Shown here in pieces: positions 36,150 to 53,349 of a stretch of DNA of 64,000 nucleotides. The notes under the pieces were generated by a model. The model was not told the origin of the DNA. It did no database searches and worked only from the letters and a program-made list of their open reading frames with translations. The stretch is taken from the NCBI RefSeq assembly GCF_009914755.1, contig NC_060929.1. One strand, written 5' to 3'. Each line of letters begins with the position of its first letter. Positions within the stretch are counted from its first letter, which is position 1. The translations under genes were made by a program, and so were the position numbers. This DNA comes from the human T2T-CHM13v2.0 reference genome, Homo sapiens.

Positions 36150-36800
36150 AGAGTAAGCAGTCATGTCCCTTTACGTTTTCTCCGTCTTCCTGCCTCAAAC
36201 ATACATGAGAAGCCTAGAGATGCAACGGGTATCTTGAAACCGTGAATCAAGCCACAAGTTTATGACTGTAGCACCAAAGGCAAAAGCCTGATCCTCAATT
36301 ATGTCAATGAGCCAACTGCCTCACTCTGGACTTGTGACGTGAGGAGAAAGAAATCCCACGTGTTAAACCCACTGTTAATGATGTTTTCTGTTATTGTGAC
36401 TTACAGAATTTTCTGACAGATACTAACAGAATTTCTCATAGTTAGTAAAAGGGTTTTCCTTTACTTGTTCTGACTTGTACCCATCTACTTGGTTACAGTG
36501 ACTACACCGTAAGTGGACACTTCAATCAAGAAAGGCCTATCAGAGTCTTCCTCTAGACTAACCTATGGTCTGAGGGAAAAAAAAATTCTTTCTTTCCATT
36601 AAAAGCTATGGCTGCTGGCAGCCATTTTGCTTGTCCCTTAAGAAGAGGCCATCTGTTGAACAGAGACCACTGGATTCAAAGATGGAGAGACATTATCTGA
36701 GCTCCCAGATCCAGCTCAGCCTAAGCCCTAACCAGACTTGCCAATTATTACACACATTAACTTGGTTTTTTTGCTTAAGGTTACTGAAATCATATTTCCA
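36150..36800 (+). mobile_element. Old MaLR (MLT1-like) LTR fragments
   Basis: CTCTGGACTTGTGACGTGAGGAGAAAGAAATCC...; GGCTGCTGGCAGCCATTTTG motifs; approximate. Confidence 0.45.
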
Positions 36801-38169
36801 ACACCTGCATCCAAGAGTCCTATATACCACAAGGGGGGTAAACACACAAATAATTATTTTAGTAACACTCACCAATAATTATTTGAGTTGAAAAAAATGC
36901 TGTTCTATAATGTAGACCCACATAATTCATACAAATGTTAACCCACATGATTCAAGTTACATTTGTCATTCTCCAACTGCCCACCATTTCCTTTCATAAT
37001 GCCCACACTATAACTACACTGAATTGCTTGTTCTTTCCTACACACTCTTCACATTTTTCTATTTATGTGATTTTAGCCTACCGTTCTCTTACATTAATAC
37101 CCTCCCCTCTCAATCTCTAATTGTATTTCCTCTGAAACACTACAGTATTTTTATTTGTATGTCCCTTAGTAGTTCTGACCTTGCATTACAGTTATGCATG
37201 TTCATGTCTTATCTACCTAATTGAACTGAAATGTCAGTGAGATCAGGGCCCATATTTGATTTGTATATATCCCCACAGGTCAGTCTGTCCCCAAAATCCT
37301 TATTACTTCTATGAAACCTAGGCTATTTCACAATTGTCAATATCTCAGTAGCTACGTACCAGTAGCAATGCAGCAATATACTTAATTATCCTGGGTACCA
37401 CAAAGGCCACATTAATATAAGTGAGAAGACTGGACAGGGTACAAATTACATTTAGGTAGGCATATATAGAACAGAACAAGTCCCAACTTTGTCTAATTTA
37501 AGAAATAAGTTTTACTTAGAGATACTGAGGTCTTACACATTTTTGCTTAGTCACAAGTCAAGCCTATTTTAGGCCTTGGTCCTTCTCTGTTAACTCTCAG
37601 GCATATCTATAATAAGAATTCCTACCTCCTCCTACCTACCCACCCATCCACCATTATTTTTCCAGGAGATATCCCCGAAGAGAAAGTCCACTCCTAGCAG
37701 TATCCTGACTCTAAGCCACACCCTCTATCTAGACTCAAAGTGTATACAGTTAATGCCTTCAGCTTCCCTAACTCTCCTATAATCTATTTCTCCCTAACTT
37801 ATTCTTACCCCTTTGACTCTTATGCTTTGCCTTTCTTCTTTTCCTTAGTTCTACCCAACTAGTGGCTTATCTTTTATGTCTCACCATCACACAGAAACAC
37901 AGACCTCAGAAAGACTACACAGATAGGAAAGCACAGTCAATAATAATAGCAGCCACCATTTATTGCATACCTATTACATGCTAGTCACAATGCCTGGTAC
38001 TTTACAAAGTGTCTGTGATTCTCATGGCAATCCTCATACTAATTTTACAAATGAGGAACCTGATCCTGAAAGAGATAACTTGTCAAATATTAGCCAGTTA
38101 GGAAATATTACAGCTGAGCTGCCTAGTTCTAAAACTGACATTTCTTCTACTTTATCATAGTGCCAAAAA

Positions 38170-38830
38170 CAAAATATTGACTCTATTTTCCCAGCTTCCA
38201 CCCTTGTCCCACAACCCAGTAATCTACTGTCCACATAGTAGCAACCAGAGTGGAGTGATCCTTTGCTTAAATATTATTCTTTGCTCAAGTCCCTCCAGTG
38301 GTTCCTCCCTTGCTCAAGGAAAAGCCAAAGTCCTTATTATGGCCTAAGAACCCTGTGCTCTGTCCATCTGCACTCCTCCCCGTTACCTCTCTGGTTTCAC
38401 TGTTTATCTCTCCCTTACTTACTCTAATCCAGCCACATTCAACCTGTTCACACCTCAGGGTTTTTGCATTTATTGTTCCTTCTACCTGTAGCACTCTCCC
38501 CACCTCACAATCTTCTTAGTTTATTCCCTCACTTACTCTAGGCCCCTGTTCAAATGTCATCTTCTCAAGGAGACCTTCCCTGATCACCTATTTTATATTG
38601 CTACCTCCTGAGACCTCGGTATTCCCTATTCCCCTCTCCCTCTGCTTTACTTTTTTCTCTAAAGTACTTATCACCACTTGAAATATTGTATATTTACTGT
38701 TTTCTTGTCTGCCTCCCACTACTAGAAAATAAGCTCCATGAGAACAGGGACTTATATTCTGTTAATTGTATATTCTGCTCACTGTATCTGTTATATAGTA
38801 GGTATACGATAAATACGTATTGAATGAGTA
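38170..38830 (+). mobile_element. L2 LINE 3' fragment
   Basis: L2 3' end AAGCTCCATGAGAACAGGGAC...ATAGTAGGTA...ATAAATACGTATTGAATGA. Confidence 0.75.
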
Positions 38831-38985
38831 AATGGGGGCTTTTATTCTCCCTAGGTGTCTAACACAATTGGCCTTAGATACATTTTCCAGAAAGTAAATG
38901 CAAAGGCAACGTGCATTTGTTCTAGTCTAGATCAACGTAGTCAATCTTCTCCCCTCAAACATTACCTTTAAAGAGCATTCCCTCG

Positions 38986-39290
38986 GCCAGGTGCGGTGGC
39001 TCACGCCTGTAATCTCAGCACTTAGGGAGGCCGAGGTGGGCAGATCATGAGTCAGGAGATCGAGACCATCCTGGCTAACATGGTGAAACCCCATCTCTGC
39101 TAAAAATACAAAAAATTAGCCGAGCGTGGTAGCAGGCGCCTGTAGTCCCAGCTACTCGGGAGACTGAGACAGGAGAATGGCATGAACCTGGAGGCAAAGC
39201 TTGCAGGAGCCGAGATCGTGCCACTGCACTCCAGCCTGGGCGACAGAGCAAGACTCTGTCTCAAAAAATAAAAATAAAAAAAGAAACAAA
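38986..39290 (+). mobile_element. Alu SINE (AluY/Sc-like)
   Basis: GAGATCGAGACCATCCTGGCTAAC; TSD AGCATTCCCT. Confidence 0.95.
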
Positions 39291-39679
39291 AGCATTCCCT
39301 CTAATTTTTCATAGTTCTGAATAGACAACGTCATTGAGCAAAAAACTGAGTAGACTGAGCCAACTTAACCAGTGCGTAGTATTATAATCAAAACTTACAG
39401 CAAAGTTAGTCAGACATATATTTAATGATATGCATAATTGTTATTGTGCTGCACGGTAAGTAGGCATAAATAGTAGACACTTTATGTAAATGATTCTAAT
39501 TGCTATTTCTTTTACACAGCCAAACCAAGCACGTCTAGGATCCGCTTCAGGGGAAGACAGGAAGGAGTGAAAAGCTAGATACTTAATACTGGGAGGTTAC
39601 GTCCTCTCTTATTCCACCCCTTAAGCATTGGGCTAATGGTCTCCCAGCTTGGCTTATGTGTCTTCAAGAAAAGTAACTT

Positions 39680-39982
<303 letters not shown>

Positions 39983-40742
39983 GGGAAAATTACTTCTTTC
40001 CTTCCACAGTAAAAAAAAAAAAAAGGCTTCCTTTTACAAAAGATTTTAAAACTAGGTTGGGAGCCTGGCCTCTGTCTCCAGTCATATAAAGCTAAGAGGA
40101 ACCAGCACAATCACTAACTTCTGTCTCTGGCAAGGAAGATGGGGCAGGCAAGCTGGTGGGGAAACCAAGTAAAGAGATCAAACGTACTGAGTACCTATTG
40201 TACACCAAGTACACTAGCAGGTGCTCTGCATAATTCCTCTACTTCCCCAACCCACCTATACCCCCAAGCTCTGTTCCCAGGAAAGTAGAGGAACATGCAG
40301 AGAGTAGAATGGTTCCAGTGAGGGCACCCTGCTCCCTCTCATAGGGCCTGAAAAATCAACAGAGAGCTCTCTTAGGAAGATTAAGACGAAGCTATTGTTT
40401 AGTGGCCATTTCCCTTGCTTCTTATCTTATCTAAACCCATAGGAGGGGAAAGGGCCCTCTACCTTGCTATGGGTTTATCCAGACCTAACCAGCCTGCAAA
40501 GCCAAGGCTAAGCCCACTCTTTCTGGGATCTCATCCTTATTCACTGCAGCTCTCCTTTCTCCCATTGTCAGGGACATTTACTTGGGTACACAATTATTCA
40601 CTTGTGTCATCTTTTAATTAATTTCTTGGGGAAATGCTTATTTCACCATTGATAATGCAAGCTCCTTGAAGAGAGAAATCTTAAAACTTCTTTAGTAAGC
40701 TTCATAAGGCCTAGCACCATTTAAAAAAAAAAAAAGTGCAAT

Positions 40743-41058
40743 GCCAGGCAAGGTGGCTCACACCTGTAATCCCAACACTTTAGGAGGCCAAGGCGGGATG
40801 CCTGCTTGGGCCCAGGAGTTCAAGACCAGCCTGGGCAACATGGTGAGACCCTTTCTCTACAAAAGAAAATATAAAAAACTAGCCAGGCGGGGTGGTGTGT
40901 GCCCATAGTCCCAGCTACTCATGAGGCTGAGGTTGGAGAATCACTGGAGCCCAGGAGGCAGAGGTTGCAATGAGCCGTAATTGTATCACTGTAATCCAGC
41001 CTGGGTGACAGAGTGAGATCCTGTCTCAAAAAAAAAAAAAAAAGAAAAAAAAAGAAAA
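40743..41058 (+). mobile_element. Alu SINE (AluJ-like)
   Basis: Alu consensus with A-tail. Confidence 0.93.
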
Positions 41059-41170
41059 GCTCCAAAATATCTGGATGAATTAAAGGTAAATATGAAGTAA
41101 TAGGTGATAGAAAAGAAGCAAACTTCTGGCTCTAGGTAGACACATTGGCATTGAAAAGAAGGATGTAGTA

Positions 41171-41515
41171 CAGTCATGTGCCACAAAAAGACATTTCAGC
41201 CAACAACGGACCATCTATATGATGGGGGTGCCATAAAATTATAATACCATATTTTTACTATACCTTTTCTGTGTTTCTATGTGTTTAGATACACAAATAC
41301 CATTGTGTTACAAGTGACTACAGTGTTCGGTACAGTAACACACTGTACAGGTTTGTAGCCCAAGATCAATAGGCTATACCTTATAGCCTAGGTGTGTAGT
41401 AGACTACACCATCAAGGTTTGTGTAAGTATACTCACTCTATGATGTTTGCACAACAAAATCACTTAATGACACATTTCTCAGAACACATCCCCATCACTG
41501 AGCAACACGTGACTA
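41171..41515. mobile_element. Tigger3a/MER7A-like TcMar DNA transposon
   Basis: TA|CAGTCATG...CACGTGACTA|TA termini with TA TSD; internal TGTACAGGTTTGTAGCC...AGGCTATACC..TAGCCTAGGTGTGTAGTAG. Confidence 0.85.
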
Positions 41516-43619
41516 TATTCTAAATTTGTCTTCTAAACTAGTTTTTATAACAAATTTCCCTATGAAAAAGAAAGTGTGACTGTCATTCAGGATATAGCAG
41601 ACATCTTCACATGGAGGTCTGGGGTATTCGCATCAAAGCTATAAAGACATATGATGCCGAGAATACAGGGACTTTCTATTATATCAAAAAGCACATTTAC
41701 ATCTATCATGTCTGAAAGTCTGCGATATCCAGAGTGTAAATCCAACTGAACAGCATTAGACGGGGTCACTGATCCTGGACACAGCAGAACAAGGAGAACG
41801 TGAAATGTCCTCCCTGAATGGATGATGATGATGATAAGACTCAGTCTATTTTGCCCACCTAAATGGCCTGGTTCTAGTGGCATAAGTCTGAAAATTGGTT
41901 TGAGAAAATTCAGGAACAAGCCTGAATCAATTTCAACCACAAGGATTTGGGGATGTGAGTTTGAGTTCTCTCACCACACTCCAGTAAGGAAGACCGGCTT
42001 AACAGCAATTATCTTGTAATTAAACGATATCTGACAGTTATAAATGCCAAAGCTTCCTATTTTAGCACCAACTAGTGGAATTCAGTAAGGGAGATGTCAG
42101 TAGAAGCTATCCTATACTACTCCTTACCTGATCATTCTGACCTGAAGGAGGTCATATATTCCTAGAGCTCAATGGGGCATTCAGTTTCTCAAACTCATTT
42201 ATTTCTGGACCTTGATGTTGTATTGAATAAGTCATTGACTCAGATACCCAATACCAGCTGTGTAAGTGCTTAGTAAGACAGACAAGATAGTCTCTTTCCT
42301 TTGAAATGCTCAGCCCCAGAATTCTTTTAGTCACTGGAACACTCAGCTAAAAAAAAAACAATCAGACTAAAGAGCTTTGTCAAATTAAAACTGCATCTAG
42401 ATTGCAGTCCTTCAGTGCTCTGCCACTAAAAGTGGTTGATAGCCAGATTTAGGTCCTCAACTTTCATTGTCTTTAGGGACTACAATGCTATGCATAGAGA
42501 CCCTTAAAAAAAAATCTCTGACATAGTAATTTCACTACTGGGAATGGTAACAACAGCTAATAGTTCTTATGTATTTACTATGTGCTAGGTACCGTGTTAA
42601 GTACTTTCCTTAAAACACCTCATTTAACCTCACAAAAACTGAACAAGGTAATTATTATTATTTCACAGATGCATAAAGGGAAGCTTGGAAATTAGCACAG
42701 GGTCACACACTAGTAAGTCAGTAACAGAGGTGGGACTCAAGCTCAAACTGACTGGCCCTCCAGAGCCTACCTTACTGTCACCCTATATGGGAACATATCC
42801 TTGGGAAATAATCCCAAAATACAGCGACAATTTTAGGCTAAGAGGCTCAGTACTGTGTGATTATAACGCAGTAACTTGAAGCATTTCAAATATGTAATAA
42901 TTAAGTAAATGACAGCAATCCAGGTTACCAAATATTATGTAGGCATTAGAAATATTTTTATAAATAACTTTGTGACATGATGAAATATTTACACTATAAA
43001 CAGAAAAAGCAGAATATAAAATTTTACAGTCAGACCTCAACTACGTCAAAAATTTATCTGCACATTGAAAGAGCTAAATTTACTGCTAAATAAAAAAGAC
43101 AAGTTGCAGAATAATATATAGAGAGAGCTATATATAGCATGGTCCCGTTTATGTAAATAGTGCCTAATTTTAAGTATTCAATAAATGTAAGCCATTATTA
43201 TTACAATGAACATGTACTACTTTATAATCAGAAAAATCAACAAATTTATTAAATTAAGTGTTTATGTACTTCCTTATTTAATAACTAAAAAGTATATTAC
43301 TTCAAGAAAAGTAAATAACATGTGCTTGCCTCTCTGGCAATCTTAATTTAAAAAACACTTCATAATTATACAATGTCACATTTAAATACACCTAAGTTAC
43401 AGGAATCAAGTAGCACTGAGAAGAACACTGCAACACTTCCAATTACCTAGGTTTACATTCAGCATGTTAGACCACAGAGAGCTGTGCTGACATGACTATA
43501 TTTAGAGTTTAAAATCATAAACAGGCCAAATCAGAGGTGGTATTTCAAGGGCTGTGATTAACAAGATTTTCTTGATCAATGTCTTATGCTGTCTGAAAAG
43601 TAGGGATTTTGGTACAGAC

Positions 43620-43910
<291 letters not shown>

Positions 43911-44220
43911 TCTGGTACACTCTTAAAGAGATAAACCAACAGCTCCTCGGTAACTCAGCAGAGATATGATATGTAGGACATGAATGTAAATTAGTGATAT
44001 TTTTCAGCTGCTGTCTCTAGGTAAAATTTCTATTAAAACAAACTACAAAAAGAGGGAAAAAACCTACAAGGGGTTTATTCTGAATGAAAAACGTGGAACT
44101 TAGTTCAAGTTCCACAGGAATCTCAATATTTGAATACATAAGTTGAAATGCAAGGTCCACTGCACTGCACTGATTTCTAGCCTACCTATGTAAAAGAATA
44201 AGTTAATACGTTAAAAGATG

Positions 44221-45017
<797 letters not shown>

Positions 45018-45105
45018 CTATGTTTTTTCCCTGCATTGTAATGTATAGGATTATAAAACCACCACACAAAAAAGTAAGAGTTTGGCTGTCCTGCTGGGTC
45101 TTTAC

Positions 45106-45259
45106 CTGTATCTTCCTCCATCAGACCATTGCAGTACATGGCATGTCGTTCAATCTTTGTGGGTGGAAAGCATTGGTCACATAGCGGGCAGGATACCTGG
45201 TTACTGGATGAGAAGGTAGAAATAGCTACTTCCTTCTCAGCATCTTCCTTGTTACCAAC
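45106..45259 (-). CDS. UIMC1: RAP80 exon 10 (154 nt), first (UBZ4-type) zinc finger CPLCDQCFPPTKIERHAMYC
   Basis: TTCAG| acceptor 45260-45261; CAG|GTAAAG donor 45104-45105; VGNKEDAEKE...EEDT in ORF 44864..45286. Confidence 0.97.
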
Positions 45260-47098
45260 CTGAAGAACATGACAAACAGCAATCATAACAGCTTTAGTTC
45301 ATATCATTCCCTACAACGAACTGCAAGAGACTCCACCCCATATTTCACTTACTTTCAAAGAGACAACAACAGCTTATCAAATTCAGGAGTAAAGATTGAG
45401 AGATACTACTGATAGAGTCAATACTTATTCAGTGCCTTATACTGCCAACTATGTATTAAACACTCTACATGTATTACTCGTTTATCAGTAAGTTTATATA
45501 TTACTCATTTATATGTAAGTATATTTATACTGACAACTATGTATTAAACACTCTATATGTATTACTCATTTAATCTTACAAAGTTATTAGCACACTCCTT
45601 TTGTACACGTGAGAAAAGTACTTGTGTAAAACAGTAAAGCAATTTGCAAAGTCACAGAACAAGTAAGTGGGAGTGTTGAGATTCAAATGAAGGACTAGAA
45701 TCTGCCTCAAAAACTTGAGGGCACTGATCTCTACCACATTGTAAGGCACAATCCTCACTGCATCAGTGTGCTGTGCCTGCTGGGTTTCACATTTTGCATA
45801 TCAACAGCACCTTAAGGACACATTTTCAATTTCACAAAAGGACTGTTATTACTGTAAGTGACTTTAAGACATAAGGAGTTAGAAAACAAAAGAGCTCTAA
45901 GCCAAAAACAGCACAACTAGGATTTAAGTTAAGAACATAAGTCTGTACTTAGACCCATAAGACCTAAGACCTGTGTTTTATTTGTGACTTTCTGGATTGA
46001 AAGAGGAAACTAAGATCTACATACTTAAGAAGCACCAAATAATTCATTAGTTAAAATAATCAATTCTGCCAAAGCCACTCTTAAACCTATCTCTTATTCC
46101 TCTGTTTTGTAGTCATCATTTCTCCTACAGTTGCTGGTATCTCTTAAAGGCAGTTTTATTTTACCTACACAGGTTGATCAGAGCCAAGAACTCTGCAGTG
46201 ATTAATTCAACAGTGTGTGTGAGCACTGCAGCACTACTGCCTAACACTTGCTTCAAAGGACAGCATGTCCTATCCAATCAATGTGAAAACATCCTGCATA
46301 GCTACTGCTTACATTTAAAGCAAGGGACACCCGGGCTGTCATTACACCTTACTACATGAGGAAAACAAATAAAATATCTTCTGATACAAGAACAAAACAC
46401 GACCAAAACTTCAATGCATAGAAAATGTGACTTCTGAGTCAACTGGGTCTTTTGGGGTAAGAGGTTGGGGCTATCTCTAAAACCTAATGCTTATAAGTGT
46501 GATCCAGCAGAGATGAAAACAGGCCATCTAAATACCAAGTCAAACTGCCAGAAAATGTCCTGTTTTCAACATCACCTGCCTTTTATTAAAAGACATACTC
46601 TAAAGGCGTAAAACCTAAAAGATGAGAAAGGAACTAACAGTGGTTGAGTTCTTACACTATGCAGGCTCCACCAGTCATTTTCCATATCCATCCCTCCCAA
46701 CAAGCCGCTGGACAGAAGTATCACTAGTTCTGCTATTACAGAAGGGGAAACTGAGGCTTGGAAAAGCAAAGTAACTTGCTGGTCACAAAGTTACTAAGTG
46801 AACAAACCCAGGCCCACTTGGCATCAAAACCTTCAGTAATTCCATTCTATCATGTTGTGGCAGAAATAAAAAGCCTCTTCCCATTCCACCTTGTTTCTGG
46901 AAGCGGATCCTGCAAGGAATTAAGAAACTATCAGGTTCTATTTATTCTTCTTCTCTACAAGGTGGGGAAAGTCAAGTGGGTCTGGAAGTTCTAGGTGCTA
47001 TGTTTTCCAAATTTAATCACTAAGCTCCTCACAAATCCAGGTTCCTCTGTTCATAAATCTTAAAACGAAAAGTTGTAAAGCTTAAAAATTGCAAAGCT

Positions 47099-48620
<1,522 letters not shown>

Positions 48621-49123
48621 AATAGCAAAGCCATTTGAGCAGAAGGATGGCAGGGGGGTAAAGGGGATCAATATACCCTAAAATTTGCAAGTAGTCTTTA
48701 ATTACTTAAAGTTGGTGGTGAATGGGCAGTTACTTGGCCTTCTAAAGTTCACTAAGCACAGAAATGTTACATGACGCAAATGTGTCACTGGTGCCCACAT
48801 TGAGCACTATACTCCTTTGTATTCACCACAGCTCTATACAATGCAGAGAATGTACCTTTAACTATTAATGTATTCAAGAGGGAGTAGTCACTTGTCTTAT
48901 TATGAATATAAGCCCACTTCCAACCACTGTTCATAGGCAACCCTGAAGGTTTCTGAACATTTTTATGTTAAAATAAGGTATTTTTTCCCAGCATCATTTA
49001 AAAAGTCTATTTAAGTATTAACTACTAGGGAAGAACCTCAAGGGGGAAAAAGGCAAGCAAAGCAGCTTTTATTAGGACCATGCAGTCAGGGATTTCTTTG
49101 CAGAGTTGCTTCTACTTCTTTTA

Positions 49124-49270
49124 TATATATATATTTTTTAAGTTCTAGGGTACATGTGCACAATGTGCTGGTTTGTTACATATGTATACATGTGCCATGT
49201 TGGTGTGCTGCACCCATTAACTCATCATTTACATTAGGTGTATCTCCTAATGCTATCCCTCCCCGCTCGC
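49124..49270 (-). mobile_element. Severely 5'-truncated L1PA 3' end
   Basis: AAGTTCTAGGGTACATGTGCACAATGTG...CATTAGGTGTATCTCCTAATGCTATCCCTCCCC; 15-bp TSD CTTCTACTTCTTTTA (49109-49123, 49271-49285). Confidence 0.92.
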
Positions 49271-49307
49271 CTTCTACTTCTTTTAAAATATTATACAACT
49301 ATTTTTC

Positions 49308-49604
49308 GGCCAGGCACGGTGGCTCACGCCTGTAATCCCAGCACTTTGGGAGGCCAAGGCGGGTGGATCATGAGGTCAGGAGATGGAGACCATCCTGGCT
49401 AACACGGTGAAACCCCATCTCTACTAAAAACACAAAAAATTAGCCAGGCGTGGTGGTGGGCGCCTGTAATCCCAGCTACTCGGGAGGCTGAGGCAGGAGA
49501 ATGATGTGAACCCGGGAGGTGGAGCTTGCAGAGCCGAGATTGCGCCACTGCACTCCAGCCTAGGCAACAGGGTGAGACTCCATCTCAAAAGAAAAAAAAA
49601 AAAA
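49308..49604 (+). mobile_element. AluY-like SINE
   Basis: TSD ATTATACAACTATTTTTC. Confidence 0.95.
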
Positions 49605-50865
49605 TTATACAACTATTTTTCAAAAGAGGTACTTAGATACTGAATCTCGACATCTTAAAGGTTGTTGGTCCTTAACTTCAGACTTCAAAAAAAAAAAAAT
49701 ACACCTCACTTCAAGAGAAATGAACCCAGTGAAAACAAAAGCATGTCCTGCAAATCAAACTCTCCATCCCTCCCCCACCCAATTATGTGTAGCTTAGAAA
49801 CCTCCTTGTTCTGGATCTTCCCCTTCTCACCACACGACTCTTAACATAGTTTACTGAAAAACTTAACTGACTAAACTAGCTCTGGAGGACTCTGAATAAC
49901 TTCTATTAGCTCCTCTGAGAATAGGATATTTATCTAAGACTCCAACTAAGGGAAACTCTCAGGCAAGATATTCAGAAACACTATTTCCAAAGAAAGTTGA
50001 CTATTGTCAGAAATCAAGAGGGACTACATACAGTTATGCCATGGGTACTTCCAAATACCTCAAATACTATTGAGCAATTCTCTGTCATTAGTAAACTAAT
50101 AAACAGTAATATATTACAAAGCAGTAAAATAATATGACTTTCCACATGATACTTCTACTTGTGACAAATCTCTACCACGTTTTATATTCTTTATCTAATT
50201 TCACCTGCAAACCAACAGAGTAAAACAGGTATTTCTGCCTCCATTTTACATATGAAAAACTGAAATTCAGAAAAGCATTTCTCTTCTGTGCTTCCTTAAT
50301 GCCCTAGGAATCCATCATTACCTTTGTCAGACCACATTATAATTATCTGTTTATATGTCTGTCTCCTCCCTTACCAGAACCCTCTGAGTGCAGGGACTGT
50401 TTTTCTTATTTATCTTTGTATCCCAAGAGTCTAAAACAATGACTGGCACAAAGTATACAAACTATAAATAGCTGCCTAGTGAATGAGTAAAGTGATTAAT
50501 TTGCACAACATTCAAAACATGGTGGAGCTGGGATTTAAAGCCATGTCTTCTAATTGCAATGCTCGAGCTCCTTGTACTACACCATATCACCTTCCAGTAA
50601 ACAAGAAATTTTAGGACAAATGACCTACACAGATCCCAATGGCAAGAGTCCACACCCTTTATACTATCTTTGTGCACATAAAATGTTCCATTCTGTCTAA
50701 TAAGTGACTTGTAACTAGTACATGATTTAAAATCTACAGTATATCTAACTTCTTTTAATGGAAACTTTTTTTTAAAAATATTTTCCTACTATATTTATTT
50801 ATGTAGTCATTCTTTTAATGTGTAATCTTGGTCTAGTAGTTAAAACTCCAGTTTTCCCCTTTTTA

Positions 50866-50988
50866 AAAAAATTTATTTATTTATTTTTTTAAATTTTATT
50901 ATTATTATACTTTAAGTTTTAGGGTACATGTGCACAATGTGCAGGTTTGTTACATATGTATACATGTGCCATGTTGGTGTGCTGCACC
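50866..50988 (-). mobile_element. Very short L1PA 3' end with A-rich tail
   Basis: TTATTATTATACTTTAAGTTTTAGGGTACATGTGCACAATGTGCAGG...GCTGCACCC; CCCTTTT(T)AA flanks. Confidence 0.9.
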
Positions 50989-51549
50989 CTTTTAATGCAA
51001 ACTTCTAAGACTGTTTAGAGACATCCACAGATATCAGCAAACAGCAACACCAAAAAGAGGACATTCAATGTGAGAAAGGCTATTATGATTCCATCTATTT
51101 GATATATAGTAGCACAGACGTGTACACCATAAATTCTAAACAGGGTTCATGCTCTTTGACCCAAAGAACAGTCTCGTCTGCAGTCATGGATGGGTATGAA
51201 ATCAGCCTTAACTAAGGGCTTCTTCTGTATGTTAGGATGACTATGGTAATAATATTCTATTCCTTCATTCCCATTTAGAAGATTCTGTTTCTTCCTGAGA
51301 AAACAATCCAGAGGCCATTTTGACATTATGGAGCAGGATCTGTCGTCAGTCACTCTGCAGCAGGGAGTGTCATCATCTTTCCTACCACCACTGGCATTAG
51401 GGAATCTTGGTCAATTGTGACAGATCAGGTTCCAGAGAACCAGGCAGTGTGCATGATTCATGAAGGCAGAATATTTACCCAGTTACCTGCAGCGCAGAGA
51501 CCAGGGAGAGGATCTAACTTCTATTGTAAAAACTTTTTTAAAAATCCCA

Positions 51550-52688
<1,139 letters not shown>

Positions 52689-53245
52689 TCAGAAGTATGA
52701 ACCTGTATCAATCAGCTTTATGGTTACTGCCAGATATGTAAAGTGAGGAAAGGTAATGATGCAAATAGATTTATTTTATCAGACAGCTATCTTGACTTTG
52801 CATTTCTGATCAAATTAGGGCTGGAAGTTATGTATACATCATAATATAAATATAGTAATTTTTTCCAAGACTGTTTGTCTCTGTTACTTATTGGTACATA
52901 ATAAAAAATGCCCTGTAACTTTGGATTCAAACCCGTGTTCAAATTATATTTCTACCATTATTAGTAGTATGATTTAGAGCAAATTAAACATCCTAAGCCT
53001 CTGTTTCCCCATCTCTAATAGAAATAATAATGCATACAAAAGTACTCAAGAAATGGTAACTACTGTTATTTTTAGAAACAATGCTGAACTAATCTTAACT
53101 ATAAAAATCTCTCCCTAACATAAGGGCCCCCAAAACTAAAACCCCCTGCCACCTAAATCTTTTCAGCCAATGTCAACGTTGCATCAGAGAGAGGACTGCC
53201 AACGGAAAGAAACCACTGAGAAAAAATATAGAGGAAAATATTCAC

Positions 53246-53349
53246 CTCCTTATCTGCCATTATTATTCTGACTCCATCCAAGATATCTCTGCTACCTGGA
53301 GAGACTTCTCTTTCAAGGTCAAAAGTTTCAGAGGAACTTAGCTGTGTCT
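53246..53349 (-). CDS. UIMC1: RAP80 exon 9 (104 nt): (E)TQLSSSETFDLEREVSPGSRDILDGVRIIMADKE
   Basis: TTACAG| acceptor 53350-53351; GAG|GTGAAT donor 53244-53245; phase 1 to 0 in frame. Confidence 0.96.

Noticed and set aside
41820-41835. ATGATGATGATG run as a C/D-box snoRNA start
   Set aside because: Short (GAT)n repeat; no convincing D box with a terminal stem at a suitable distance
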